A stretch of DNA of 63,986 nt, counting the filler, from Ionaspis alba (lineage: Eukaryota): the NCBI GenBank assembly GCA_964255285.1. It is 4 parts of 4 records of this genome, joined end to end, with 100 filler letters (N's around TTAATTAATTAA, not from the genome) between each part and the next. Parts side by side here need not be neighbours in the genome. Positions count along the whole stretch, not along the records: positions 49,419 to 63,986 come from CAXUUL010000414.1; 3 more parts are not named here. One strand, written 5' to 3'. Below, piece by piece: positions 49,460-61,883 of the stretch (its first letter is position 1; each line of letters starts with the position of its first letter). The notes under the pieces were generated by a model. That model did not search any database. It saw only the letters and a list, made by a program, of their open reading frames with translations, and was not told the origin of the DNA. The position numbers and the translations under genes are program-made.

Positions 49460-52400
49460 ATGGCGCCTGAGACGCGGGTAAGTTAGACTGTCTGCCAGAG
49501 AGTCCATTGCCCGATTGCTCATACAGCACAGGCAAAGTCAAATGCAACAAATCCGCTTCAAGAGCGCGTCACTTCTCTTGACAGAAGCACGGCCCCAATT
49601 GCAGAGCAAATCGATGAAGCATTTCAGATCCTAAGAATCGAGCCAAACCATGTTCCAATACTCTACTCCCCTGGAGATGCAGCGGAGCAGGCTCGCCACG
49701 GGTTCAGTCCCAAGGAAGAGTGGGTTTTGAGATGGCTCCTCAAGAGATTCGACACAAATAATGCTCGAGAGGCGGGACTGGAAGTCGCATTGAGCCCGTC
49801 ACTGGAGCCAGAAGCTTGGATTTTGTTGCGGGTGGTGATTGCGCGCTTGCCCGCAACAATTACGGCGCGTCTTCTCAAGAACTACAAGCTAACGGCGACT
49901 CTAGAGAGGACGCTTCGATGGATATGTAACCACCTGGGTCACGAGAAAAATGATACCGCGTTCGAGTTTGTGCTAAGTAATCAGGACGAGCTATCTGGAG
50001 AGAGCTCCAGCTCAGCTACGATCGAGAATACAGCTCGCATTGGAGTCAAGAAGTCGAAGAAACGGAAACGAGATGAGACCGAGGACGGCAGTTCCAAGAC
50101 CAACACTCAGATCGATGTCGAGAGGCTCTTCATCTGCATGTGCAGTGCTCTTCAGCAGGCAGAAGAAAAAGCCGAGGATGTTGACGATAGTGAGGCCATT
50201 TTCGCTGCGGAGCATATGAAGGCCGCTCTCAAAACCTCGCCAGAGAACGCCGCCAGAATCTTAGGGAGCTCTTTTGGTATTCTGGAGTTTCTCGTGAGGA
50301 AGAGCAACCCCAAGGATTTTGTAAAGATGTCCGAGATCATGCGAGAGTCTCTGCTTTCCCCGCTGGTAACATTATGGGACTTCCGTGCGAGCACTTCAGA
50401 CGATGATTTCGGCAATACCAGTTCGCGGACCTTCTCCGCCGAGTGCTTGCTTCCTGCTCTACAGCTGTCACAGGCGCTGCGAGCAACGAGTAATGGAGCA
50501 GATGGTTTGAAGAGGACCTTGCAAGAAGTCGAGAAGCTAATCGGATCATGCATCGTCTATCCCGGACGGATTGCTTTTATGAGGGAGGCGAAGCCTCACG
50601 GAAAAGTTGACAGAGATGCTCAATCGTTCATCGGGGAGCTCTTGACCCCTGTCACGAGAAGTACGACAGAGGAGTCGCCCACAGCCCTGCCTTTCCTGTT
50701 CGAGGTTGTAATTGGATGCTCAACGCGTGAGACACCTAAGCAGAGGACTACTGAGGGTCCTTGGCTTCAACATTTTCTTGGCATCCTTGTCAGTGATTCT
50801 TCTAGATTTATATCTAGTTGTGAAAATTCTTCGTTGAGCTCTGTTGGTACGGACGTACTCAAACAGCTCCTACGCCTTGCTATCTCGAACAAGGTTTCAT
50901 TGTCGTCCTCGGCAGTAGAGGACCTTGTTGTTCGTTTTTCCGGTCTATTCTCGGAAGATAGTGATCACAGTGTTGATTGGGGACTACTTCAATTGTGCAT
51001 GGAGATGAATTCGGCCTTATTCATGACCTCTTCTCCAAGGAAACGCACCAAAGCCGAGCAAGCAGAGCAAAGCAATACCGTTTTGTCCAAAGCCTTGACA
51101 GATATTCAGAATACGGATGTTAGGTTTTCTTCCGATCAATTAGTCCACGACAACCCAAATTTTCTTGAATCAAGTCTTGAGGAACGCGCGATTGATGCCG
51201 GTGCCTATGATCTCATTCTTCACAATTTCGTCCTTCCCCTGCTGGAAGCATATACCCGAGCCCGAAATTTCGTTGGGTTCATACATCTATGGCAAGAGCA
51301 ACTGATAGTTTCTCATGACTACAAGCGCTCATCAGTGAGTGGCGGCATCTTCTCTGTCAACACAGTCAGCGTATGGGAAGATGAGCTGCTGGTGCATGTC
51401 TTGGCAGAGGAACTGGAATCATCACTCACTGTGAGCCACATTTCCACCTTACTCCAGGATGCTGTTGCGACTATAAGGGAAGGAGTGAACAGCTCTCGGT
51501 ACGATTCACCTAGACTTCTTGCAAGTGTTGTTGTCCTTGATTGCTTGACCTACGGCATCAAAAGTGACAATGTTGCCTCCAAGCTTGACGAACCCATTCG
51601 AAATCTCTACACAAACATATCGCATTCCGTCTTGAAACCAGGGACATTTGAGCACTACGAATGGAGATTGTGGAGAATACTGGAAACCATAACCTCGCGT
51701 TGGCCGGATATCGCGAATCTTGAATGTCTTGAGGAAAGAGAGACAAATGTGTGCGCAGAACTACGCGAAGCAGCCTCGAGACTCATTTCCCAAGCTCTTA
51801 ATACCAGGATGATCGGTCCAGAAGATGTCAACGTCTATCGCACGGCCTTCTTCGCTTTCCGGTTTATGGTTGTCGTTGCATCAACTCGACACCATCGTCG
51901 GGAATGCTACGATATTGAAAAAGCGTTGTTACCAAGATTAGAGTTTCTATGTCACCTAATGGAGATCATGCCAGAGTATCTGAATGAAATCCCTGACCCA
52001 GCTTCCCAGATGCCATTTGTAGCATGGAAGCTCTCTTGGGACTTGGAGCAAGGGCCTGTGAACCATATACATTCGTTCATGCTCAGTTGTGCTTTACAGC
52101 TCGTTCAAGATCTCGGATGCCTCAGGTCTGTTCTACGTATAAGATTTGGAGTGCACAGTGCTGATTTCTTCTTAGCGCCCTCCCGTTGGCAATTCAGGAA
52201 CGCTTTATCAAAGCATTGTACTCATGTGCGGTATTCCAAGATCATTCAATCAATGCAGAAAACGCTGTGGTCAAAAAGGTTACCCCTGACAGGCTCGTTC
52301 GGTGGCCCGATTTGTGGGGGCGATTCCTACAATCGACTGCTTCTCAAGAAAGCTCAGCGATAGCAGGTACCACGCGCACACCTCATATTCCGTTAAGAGA

Positions 52401-54441
52401 TCTGACCTTTGCGAAGAAACAGTACGTCAGCTCCAAATATCAAACGTCCTGACAGCTTGTGCACCACAGGGGGGTAAAGAACTCGAGCCTTATCCTTGTC
52501 AACCCGACGAAGCTACTCTCTACAAGTCTGCGGTCGATAACATTCAACATGTCAACTTCTCGGAGCTTGAAAGAGATGTAAGAAGTCGGCTTGCCAATAG
52601 CATTTCCTTAAGGCTTCTGGGCGGCAATGTGCACTCGCACGAACTCCTCAGTTCTTTAAATGTTCTGATTCGGCTCATGAAATATCCACGCAGATCCATG
52701 ACGATGGTAACTCAATCTGCTTAAAAATGGTTTCGAAGCTAACCACTCGGGCCAGGTCACGGATCCAAGCTTTCCATGGAGAATTGCAGAACTGTATGAC
52801 AAATCGGAGAGTCGTGACACGACTGACGCATTTGCTGCGTTGGGACTTCTAACAAAACTCGTCTTGAAGTAAGTCGGTCGTCGAGTAGTTATGGTAATGG
52901 GAAAGTGCTGATGTTGAGTAGGTATGCAATCAAGACCATCGAACGCAGCCAAGAGCCTCCATACATGTATCGACTCTATGACCTACTCGCGGAAAAGATC
53001 AAGCTTTCATTCGAACACCATGAGGGTTACGATGCTCGGTCTATGCTAATCGACTTGACCACCAATTTCCTGTTCAAGCACGCCGGCATTCTTTTGAGCG
53101 TCCTCCCGAAACTAGAAACATTTTTGATAAAGACAAGACTCATTACATTTCTACGATTGCTGAGTGACTTGACAGCACTCGAAAAGACGGGCATTGATAG
53201 TCTAGATGCTCAGCTCACCGTGCCACTGTCTAGTCTTTCTGGATACAGAGATGCCTTGGCAGCGTTTCCTACAGAATTGGGCGAATCCGATAGACCTTTG
53301 ACTCTGAGTCATGATATCAAAGCCGCACCAGCTTGGGGGCTCTTGTCTCGGATTGAGCAGGCTGTAAAGAGAATGTGCATATCTCTAAGGTCTGGTGAAG
53401 GTTCAGACTACTGCGGTTATCATCTTGCACAGAATACGCTTGTAAACGTGAAGAAGCTGATTGCACTCAATCCGGAACCTTGGGAGGAAGATCAGTTCCA
53501 GTTTCTCATGGATCAGACAGCCAGCTTACAGGACTGTATGTTGAGCTCATCAGGATCGACGAGCTTGGCTAACCTTTGACAGTCACCTCGAAGAGAGCAC
53601 GACATCTGTGGCTACAACACCTCGACTCCTTCGCGTGCAAGCTGACTCCATTGACAAATGCCAAGTTTATGCTTAAGATGGTCGAAGAGTCACAGGTCAG
53701 TGCGAATGACTATGAATACCTTTGTCTGCTACGAAAACTGTTTCAGGACCCATTAGGTGAGTGCTATGTAAATTGTTTAATGTCAACTTCACTGATCGAC
53801 TGTGATCAGACACGAGAACGCCAGAGTTTACATCAGTATCAGGCCGAACGGTCATGACCCTGATCGAACAGCTGAGCCAAGACTCGATTGTCAAAACCTG
53901 CGTTCTAAGGATGCACTGTCTTAACCTTATCGTGCGCAAGAGCGTATGTAACGGAGTACCATAATTTATGGTGTACCTAGACTGACAGCTGACAGTCAAA
54001 TTTTATTTCGCAGTGGCACATTGATAGCCTATTAGCTGTTATTGCAAAGGTCACTTCTAAATCCGGGCCACGACTACAAGGATCTAAACGCGAAGACATT
54101 TTCATCTGCCTATGTAGACTCTTCGCATCAATACTCGCAGTCCACCGACCCAAACTCGGCGGCCGGTACCATCTGGTAGGCTTGGCTCTACGGGGATTGC
54201 TCCGATGTCTATTCCACCCGTATCAGCAAACGCTAGATCGAGGCAGCAACAGCCTACCCAGACCACCATGGCTCAAAGACCCAGAAATCATCCTCGGCAC
54301 AGAACATGCAACAGCTTATGCAAGAATCTTAACCACCATCTGCGACCCTAGCGTGTCGGCTGTCACGCGATCAAAAAATAGGCTCCGGCAGGAACTGAAC
54401 GACGAGACCAAAAAAGCAAAGAACATCGCGGGGCAGCATCT
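49460..54441 (+). CDS. URB2: Nucleolar pre-60S factor Urb2/Npa2, multi-exon; 3' end in N gap
   Basis: N-terminal PKEEWVLRWLLKR, a long helical body, and a C-terminal Urb2 domain QWHIDSLL...HRPKLGGRYHLV..LRGLLRCLF...HATAYARILTTICDPSVSAV...LNDETKKAKNIAGQH. Confidence 0.85.
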
Positions 54442-55269
54442 NNNNNNNNNNNNNNNNNNNNNNNNNNNNNNNNNNNNNNNNNNNNNNNNNNNNNNNNNNN
54501 NNNNNNNNNNNNNNNNNNNNNNNNNNNNNNNNNNNNNNNNNATTGCCTGTAAGACGTTGCACACGATGTTCGGTCCGCCTTAGGTATATGCCAGATCAGA
54601 GATGCTGATCCAATTATTGCTGGCATTCTGCAAGATTTGCCCAGAAGATCGCTCAAAAGAAGAATAATCTAATCAACCCAGGCCACGATGTCCCAGAGAT
54701 GCAACAATCTTTGTTGCCATAGGTCTGGTCGCGCACCCGATTGCTCGATGGAGTGTGGTAAAAAACGCAACACTTCGGGTATTGACGAAAGGCGAAGATA
54801 GCGATAAGGCTATCGAAGAATTGCGCCCCACCTTTCCCACGCCAACGCTGCAACTTGTCGTGTTTGTATCCAATGACATTCCACCCAACTGAGGATCTCA
54901 TGCGACAGCGTTCCAGATGCGGTTGGTGAGAAAGAGATTGATGCCGCTGTGCGTTTGTCGTTCCATCGCCGAGGGCGGGGGTTGAAGGGGAGCGAAAAGC
55001 TCCTCGTCGCTCGGCGGCGATCTGCTTGTTGATCTTGTTATCGCGGGGTTCGTCGAAGATACCGGGTTTGCCAAGAGGGAGCTGGATGGGTAGATAAATC
55101 TTTGATTGTGCCGTGCTCTCTTGTGTATCTTGATTTCTCCAGCCTCTGCGCTTACCACTTTGCTGTGTGGGCGGTTGCTTTTGGATTTTGGTATTGACCT
55201 CTAGCAACTTGTGGTCGAAGGAGGCTTTGTGAGAAATTTGTATCGAGGCAACCTGGTACTTCGGACAAA

Positions 55270-57177
55270 ATGGAGAAATTGAAGAGCACCAAGTTCGCCC
55301 ATGTGGTGGATAAGCTGGCGGTGACCAGCGAACCTGGTTTGACCAATGCTCAATTGATGTTGACCAACCACGATCTCAAACCTGGTATGACTATTTACTT
55401 CCTGCACTCGGATGTTTGTCGATCCTAACATTGATTGCAGTCGAACCGGAGCGTCGACAATGGGGTCCCTGGAACTTCGTCGGTTTCTGGATTGCTGATT
55501 CCTTCAACATCAATACCTGGATGATTTCGTCCTCCATGATCCTTAGCGGATTGTCATGGTGGCAGTCGTGGATATGCGTTTGGCTTGGGTACACTATCTC
55601 CGCCTCCTTCATTTGCCTGACAGGACGCATTGGTGCCACCTACCATATCAGTTTCCCCGTTGTCGCTCGAGCATCATTTGGCATTTGGGGCTCGCTGTGG
55701 CCGGTATTCAATAGGGCGGCAATGGCTTGTGTAAGCATCAGATTGGCAATCTTTTATAGACCAGCGACTAATTACCATGTTCTCACAGATCTGGTACGGC
55801 GTGCAGTCTTGGATTGGCGGTCAGTCACTTTGTAGCCTTGTACCCAGTGAATTTTGTACTCATCCGTTTTCAGGTCAATGCGTGACGCTCATGATCGCAG
55901 CCATCTGGCCAAGTTACAACACTTTACCAAACAGCATGCCAGCTAGTTCAGGGACCGATACCAAAGATTACGTGAGCTTCTTCATCTTCTGGTTCTGCAG
56001 TCTGCCAGCTATATGGTTCCCTGTCCACAAAATCCGACATCTTTTCACCGTCAAGGCATACTTCGTGCCTTGCGCTGGTGTTGCGTACTTCATCTGGGCC
56101 ATCGTGAAGGCAAAGGGGATTGGCCCAATCGTTCATCAGCCGAGTAAGAGCCAAGGCAGCGAGTTGGCCTGGGGCATGGTCAAAGGCACCATGTCTTCTG
56201 TTTCTAACTTTGCCACCCTGGTCGTAAATGACCCGGATTTTAGCCGATTTGCCAAGAAACCCAGGGATGCCTTGTGGTCCCAATTTTTCACAATTCCTAT
56301 CGGTTTTGCTGTTACCTCTTTCATTGGCATCATAGTATCATCTTCTTCTACCATCCTCTATGACAAGCCTATTTGGAACCCTCTCGAACTCTTGGGAAAC
56401 TTCTCTGATAGCGCCAGCTCCGGTGAGCGGTTCGGAGTCTTTGTGATTGCAGCTGCTTTTGCTCTCGCTCAGCTGGGAACCAACATTGCTGCAAACTCTG
56501 TTTCTGCTGGTACCGACATGACTGCACTTCTACCACGCTACCTTAACATCCGACGCGGTGGTTATATCTGTGCTCTCGTTGGGCTCGTCATGTGTCCTTG
56601 GTACGTAGTCTGGTCTAGAGCCCATATACCTTTGCAGCTCTGTTTAACAAATCACAGGAATCTGTTGTCGACAACAAACAACTTCACCACCTATCTGTCT
56701 GCGTACTCTGTCTTCTTGAGTAGTATTGCGGGAGTTATCATTTGTGATTACTACTTCGTCCGCAAAGGCTATTTCCAGATCAAAGACCTCTACAGTGCCC
56801 GCAAAAGTTCCCCGTACTATTTCTGGTTCGGCTTCCACTGGCGAGGTTATGCTGCGTACATAGCAGGTATCCTCATCAACATTGTGGGATTCGTAGGAGC
56901 CATTGGAAAAGAAGTACCAATCGGAGCACAATACATATACAATCTCAATTTCTTCACTGGATTTATCGTGGCGTCTGGCTCCTATTACCTCCTTTGTCGA
57001 TACTTCCCGATTCCAGCAACGAGCGATAGATGGATGGAGGTTGGTGATGAGATCAGGAATGTCAGTGTGGCATATGGTGCGGGAGACACTTTCGATGAAG
57101 AGAGTGCCACCGGCTCGGACGGGTTGAAAGGCGTGGAGGGAGGGCTGAGGGAGAGGAAGGTTGGACAAGATTTCTAG
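55270..57177 (+). CDS. NCS1-family nucleobase:cation symporter, Fur4/FurD-like uracil/allantoin permease (introns 55385-55440, 55731-55789, 55820-55873, 56601-56658)
   Basis: [88 protein letters not shown]-like LNIRRGG. Confidence 0.93.
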
Positions 57178-58548
57178 AGCTGTCTTCCAGTTTTGGCAAC
57201 GACTCTCATGACTCTCTCTGGTTCTATGACTGTTAGTACGCGGTGGGATTGTCGTTCCTCCTCGGGTAGACAGTCATTCCTCTTTGACAGGCCAACCACA
57301 CTTCGTCGACCTATCACTAGGGTATTATGCCGTGGAATGAGTATATCTTTAGACCAACAATCGGATCGACCTATCACCACGCTATTATGCTTAAAGTGAG
57401 TACATCTATAGACCTATCCTCGGACTGACCGTTATTGCTACTGCGAAAGACTGTGTTTGGATCTATTCTTGTCTACCGTTGGTAGCGCACTACTTAGCAC
57501 AGGTTATCGCTTGTGCCTCTTGTGCTGGAAAAAACACTATCTTTACTCCCTCAATGCATGATTATGTCACAATCGATATCCATTGGCCAAACATCGGTGT
57601 AGCTCCTGGTGGAGATAACCTTAACAGGACAAGACCACCAGGGAGCCACAGGCAAAGCCACAGGAGATGCCGCCGCTACTTGCACAAGTCCTAGTCATGT
57701 CAGCTCAACAGGTCATGCACAGTAGGCACGGCATGGTCAGCAATCCTTGGAGACTCGGTACAAAGGGCGACACTTCCCCAAGAACTGCGTCGAAGCCACA
57801 GTAAGTCGGCAATAGTCAGGCCGCGACTAGTGCCTTGTGCGGCAGTACTCCGAGGCTATTTGGACATATGCATATGTGCGGTGTAGTAATTCCGTCCGGA
57901 CGGAGGGGACATGTCAGCTCTCCTGCTCATGCAGTCCAGTCGAGCGTCTATGCAGGCAGAGTATCTCCAATCACAGGCTACGAGGTCATGGACGGCGATT
58001 CTAAGCTCTATCGAGTACAGTTTTCCGACTGCCTGGTAAGGCAATATGCAAGTGGCGGGCCGTCAGTGAGGAAGCAGAGTCACGCACCAGCTTGCCCCCT
58101 TCTATTGTGGCTGCACTGCCACATCTACTTTAACCCTAGTCGGTGAAGCGGACTTAGGAAGCAGTCCAGGGCGCGTAATTGGATACCTCGGCGTCAGCAT
58201 TTAATTTGTAGAGGTTCCCCATCTAGACCTATTCCTTGCCATGATCTATGATGAACTTTCCACTCGAATCGTTCTCCCCGTTCGTGGGGGCCAAAATTTA
58301 CCATGCTCCTGTTCGTCGTAGCTAGCACCCCACTTCAACCTGAAATTCTTATGATGGCATTGGCGCGGACTCAGCAGTTGGAGCCTTGAGATACCCCACG
58401 ACCAACCAAAAGCTCTTATCCTTCCTGAGGCTCTCGAGCAGGTGGGCGCAGTATAAGTAAAAAACCGTTGGGACGAATTTCCCTCTCACCATGGTCAACT
58501 CAAGCTTTTATCTTTCCTTCGTCGCCGGCGATCTCACCTCTAGCCACC

Positions 58549-61031
58549 ATGGAAGATCGTCGCAGATCTTCGCGTCGTCCTTCGCTTTACGCTTCGATCA
58601 AGCTTGCGCTGCTCGTTCAAAACGTTCGAGATCGGCTAAAAGCCAAGGTCAAGACCCATGCTCAGCCTTCGGCTATTTATCGCTGCCCAAGTTTCTCCAA
58701 CCTTGACCAGAATCTTCTTCCCAGGTACACAATAATGATGTCCCGGTTTTGGTTGCCTACGTTAATTGAAGATGTAGGTTCTTCAGTCCCCAGCTGTTCC
58801 GCCACGATCATGGGAAGCAAGTGGATCAGCGACGTAGGAGCAGCCTTGTTCAAGGACGACAACTAGGGTTCCATGCGTAGGCTTCCCTCCCAAAAAGTCA
58901 ATTGATAATCTGCGTTCGCTGAATCATGGTCTTCCTACAGATTACTTAAAGATCTTGACTCACACCAGGCAGCAGGCTCTACGCCCTTGAGTACAGTTGC
59001 CTTGGACGATCAATTGTTCCTGCAGCACAAGCTCCATCTTCTTGCTTGTGACACATCCGTCAAGTTCGACAGCCATGTATTCGACCTTGCGACGTTGCTC
59101 TTGGACAGGCTACAGGCTGCGCCAAATACCAAGCCTCATGGCTGCCAACAAGGAGACCTAAACCATCCACAGGTTGATGATACCAACAGGGAAAAGTTCG
59201 TCGCCAACCTAGAACATCTATTGCTATGCATTCAACAGGCGGCACTAGAGTCGCTGGTTCGCCATTCATCCGAGCTTCTCGAGGCTGATATCCGTCACTG
59301 GCATCAATATTGGAAGCAGCGAAAGCAGCTGATATATGGCTGGTACTCCGAATGGCCAAGCGGGCGCCGCCCGCTCAGCACAACCTGGCCCTGGAATATC
59401 AAGCCTTCACTGTTGGTATTGTGGGGGGTCTGCTGGATGTTTTATTACTCCAACGAGTCGACGGCAGAAGATTCTCAAGGCTCTGAAGGCAACTGGCAAG
59501 TACAGGCTACAATACAGGTCGATCAAGATTTTGGTGAGGCGTTGGGACTCTCCTGCCTACAGCCACCGTCCATACTGATGAATGTCACCGTAGATGACCA
59601 CACCACCATCACAATGCCTAATATCAGTCACCCAAGCAATATGACCTGGCGGTCGCCGACGCCTGGCTCACTCAATATCGGCGCCTCGGCAATTTCCTCC
59701 GAAGCGACTATGATTGGCTCGCAAATCCCAAACGCAGCATTAGCGCCAAGCTTAAGTATGAGTCACCCACGTGATGCGTCTAAAGCTAACCCTCATACAG
59801 TGACTCCTGATCGCGCAACGCGCCATCACATGAATGGCCGGACCGAAGGCAACCCGTATATAATCCCGAGCCCTTCTTCAACTTCCACTCTGTTTGCCAC
59901 AGTAGAAGTTTCTGGATGGCCTCGAATCTCAGGCAGCGCCACCACACCTAGCAACATTAGTCATCGGCAGAATGTTTGGCAGCCTAATTCCGGCCACGAC
60001 GAATTTATACCAGCAGCGCCACGGGTGTCGTATACGCAACCTCCGGTAGTTACATATGTCGGAGGTCTACAGCAACCATTTAACCAACCTGATACCCCCG
60101 AGTATTGGTCGCTGGGCACTCAGCCGTTTCAAAATACCTTGGGTCTCGAGTTTCCGATGCACGATACCACCAACTATCCGAGTCCGCGCAGCGAAGGCTC
60201 GCGCTCAACTCCTACAATACCACGGTGTCCTCCCTTCATGGCACCCAACTTAAGCCCCCGCATTCCCCAGGATACCTCACCGACTTCAGAGAGAAGCTCT
60301 GGATCTCAACGCGACAGCAGCGGCAACCAAGAACCATCTCGCGATCGTGATGGGCGGCTATATTGCGATATCGGCGAATGCGCAACAGATCCAAAGACAT
60401 TTCCTCGAAAGTGCGAATGGACGTAAGTACATGACGCGTAAACTCCGAGGCATTTTTGCCACCCGCTAACGTCGCTCTCGCTTACTACAGAAAACACATG
60501 GATAAACACAACCGGCCGTACGTTTGCGATGAACCCGGTTGCGAGAAGATCCAAGGCTTTACGTATTCGGGCGGTTTGCTGCGCCATCAACGCGAAGTGC
60601 ATAAGCAGCATGGTGGTCCGAAAGCGCCAAGAATGTGTCCGCATCGCGACTGCAAGCGCAGTACTGGTACTGGCTTCTCGCGAAAGGAAAATCTTAACGA
60701 GCACTTGAGACGAGTTCATCGGGGTGTCGGCGTGTCGTCCGATGATGTTTTCAGCACTCCACGAACTCCTATAGTCCAACAGCCATATCCGCAGCAGCAG
60801 CCGCAGCAGCAGCAATCACAGCAATCTCTCGGCGACCTCCAGCGCAAGCGACGACGACCTATCGATGATGAAGACGACCTGGATGATGGCGCGCAGGACG
60901 AAAGCGGCGATCTTCAGGCACAGATCAAAAAGCTGAAGCAGGAGGTAAAGATGAAGGATACGAGGCTGATGAATCTGGAAGCGCTGGTTCAGACGATGCT
61001 GCAGCGGCTGAATGGGAGAGTGGACGGATGA
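58549..61031 (+). CDS. C2H2 zinc-finger transcription factor, AslA/Cos1-like, with long N-terminal extension (5' exon structure less certain)
   Basis: Three fingers: CDIGEC...FPRKCEWT|KHMDKH, RPYVCDEPGC...GFTYSGGLLRHQREVH and CPHRDC...FSRKENLNEHLRRVH, then poly-Q and a C-terminal coiled coil. Frame-preserving introns near 58726-58777, 58877-58940, 59534-59593 and 60423-60490. Confidence 0.85.
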
Positions 61032-61883
61032 AATTGTATCAGTAATGTACGACATGGATTTCCTAGTCCTGAAGCGCGGCGTTTGGATAGATATAATGAG
61101 ATTGGGCTTGGATTGGATGGGTATGGGGCATTATCCACTTCCTCGGATCGGGATTGATGGGACGGCGTTTGGTGTGCGCATTTGTGCTTTGGTCTATGCT
61201 CTTGCGAGGAAACTGCATCTTTTTCGGTTGGGTAGAGGATAGACTGGCGACGTTACGCTTCTTAATCGGTTATGTGTACCAAGAATTTGTTTTTGCCAGA
61301 TACAATATATTCTCCTTCAAGTCAACCCCAGCATCTGGAGCTGGTGTGCTATGATAATCGATTGACTGTCGCAGACTTTGCACTCCGACAGGCTGCCAGT
61401 TCTGTGCCATGATGTTCATTGGTATAGTTCGCAATCCACAAAATATGCAAGCTTCGGATGTCGTCTGCAGACTTTGCTGACCCCAACTAGGCAACCTTTC
61501 AAGGTCACTGCAAGCGAGATGGCTTCTACGTCCCATCCGATCTCTCTCGATTTATCATCATCTTCTACCTATTATCATTCTCTCCACTCTCTTCTATACT
61601 ATCGGACCAACGCCTGATACCAAGGATGGATAGGCTATTGCCACTAACGTTTCTTTCTGTCAACAGTGATGACAGCTTTGGGCTAGTGTTGGCTGTCAGA
61701 TGCGGTCTTCCATTCGGGTGCAGGCATATCTAGAGAACTATCTGTTCATACAGTACGGACCATCTGCCTTCGAATATACCACTTTCCATCACAACCACTC
61801 AAATTCATATCGTCGTATCATTATCTTAATCTTTTCAGACCCAAGCTGTAATTTGCAACGCAATTACTCCAAGAGATCCAGTG

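Noticed and set aside
54542..57177. Possible TPP riboswitch or purine-regulator (UaY) site at the NCS1 permease
   Set aside because: No TPP aptamer consensus and no TCGG-N6-CCGA seen; only scattered GATA cores, which are too common to call.
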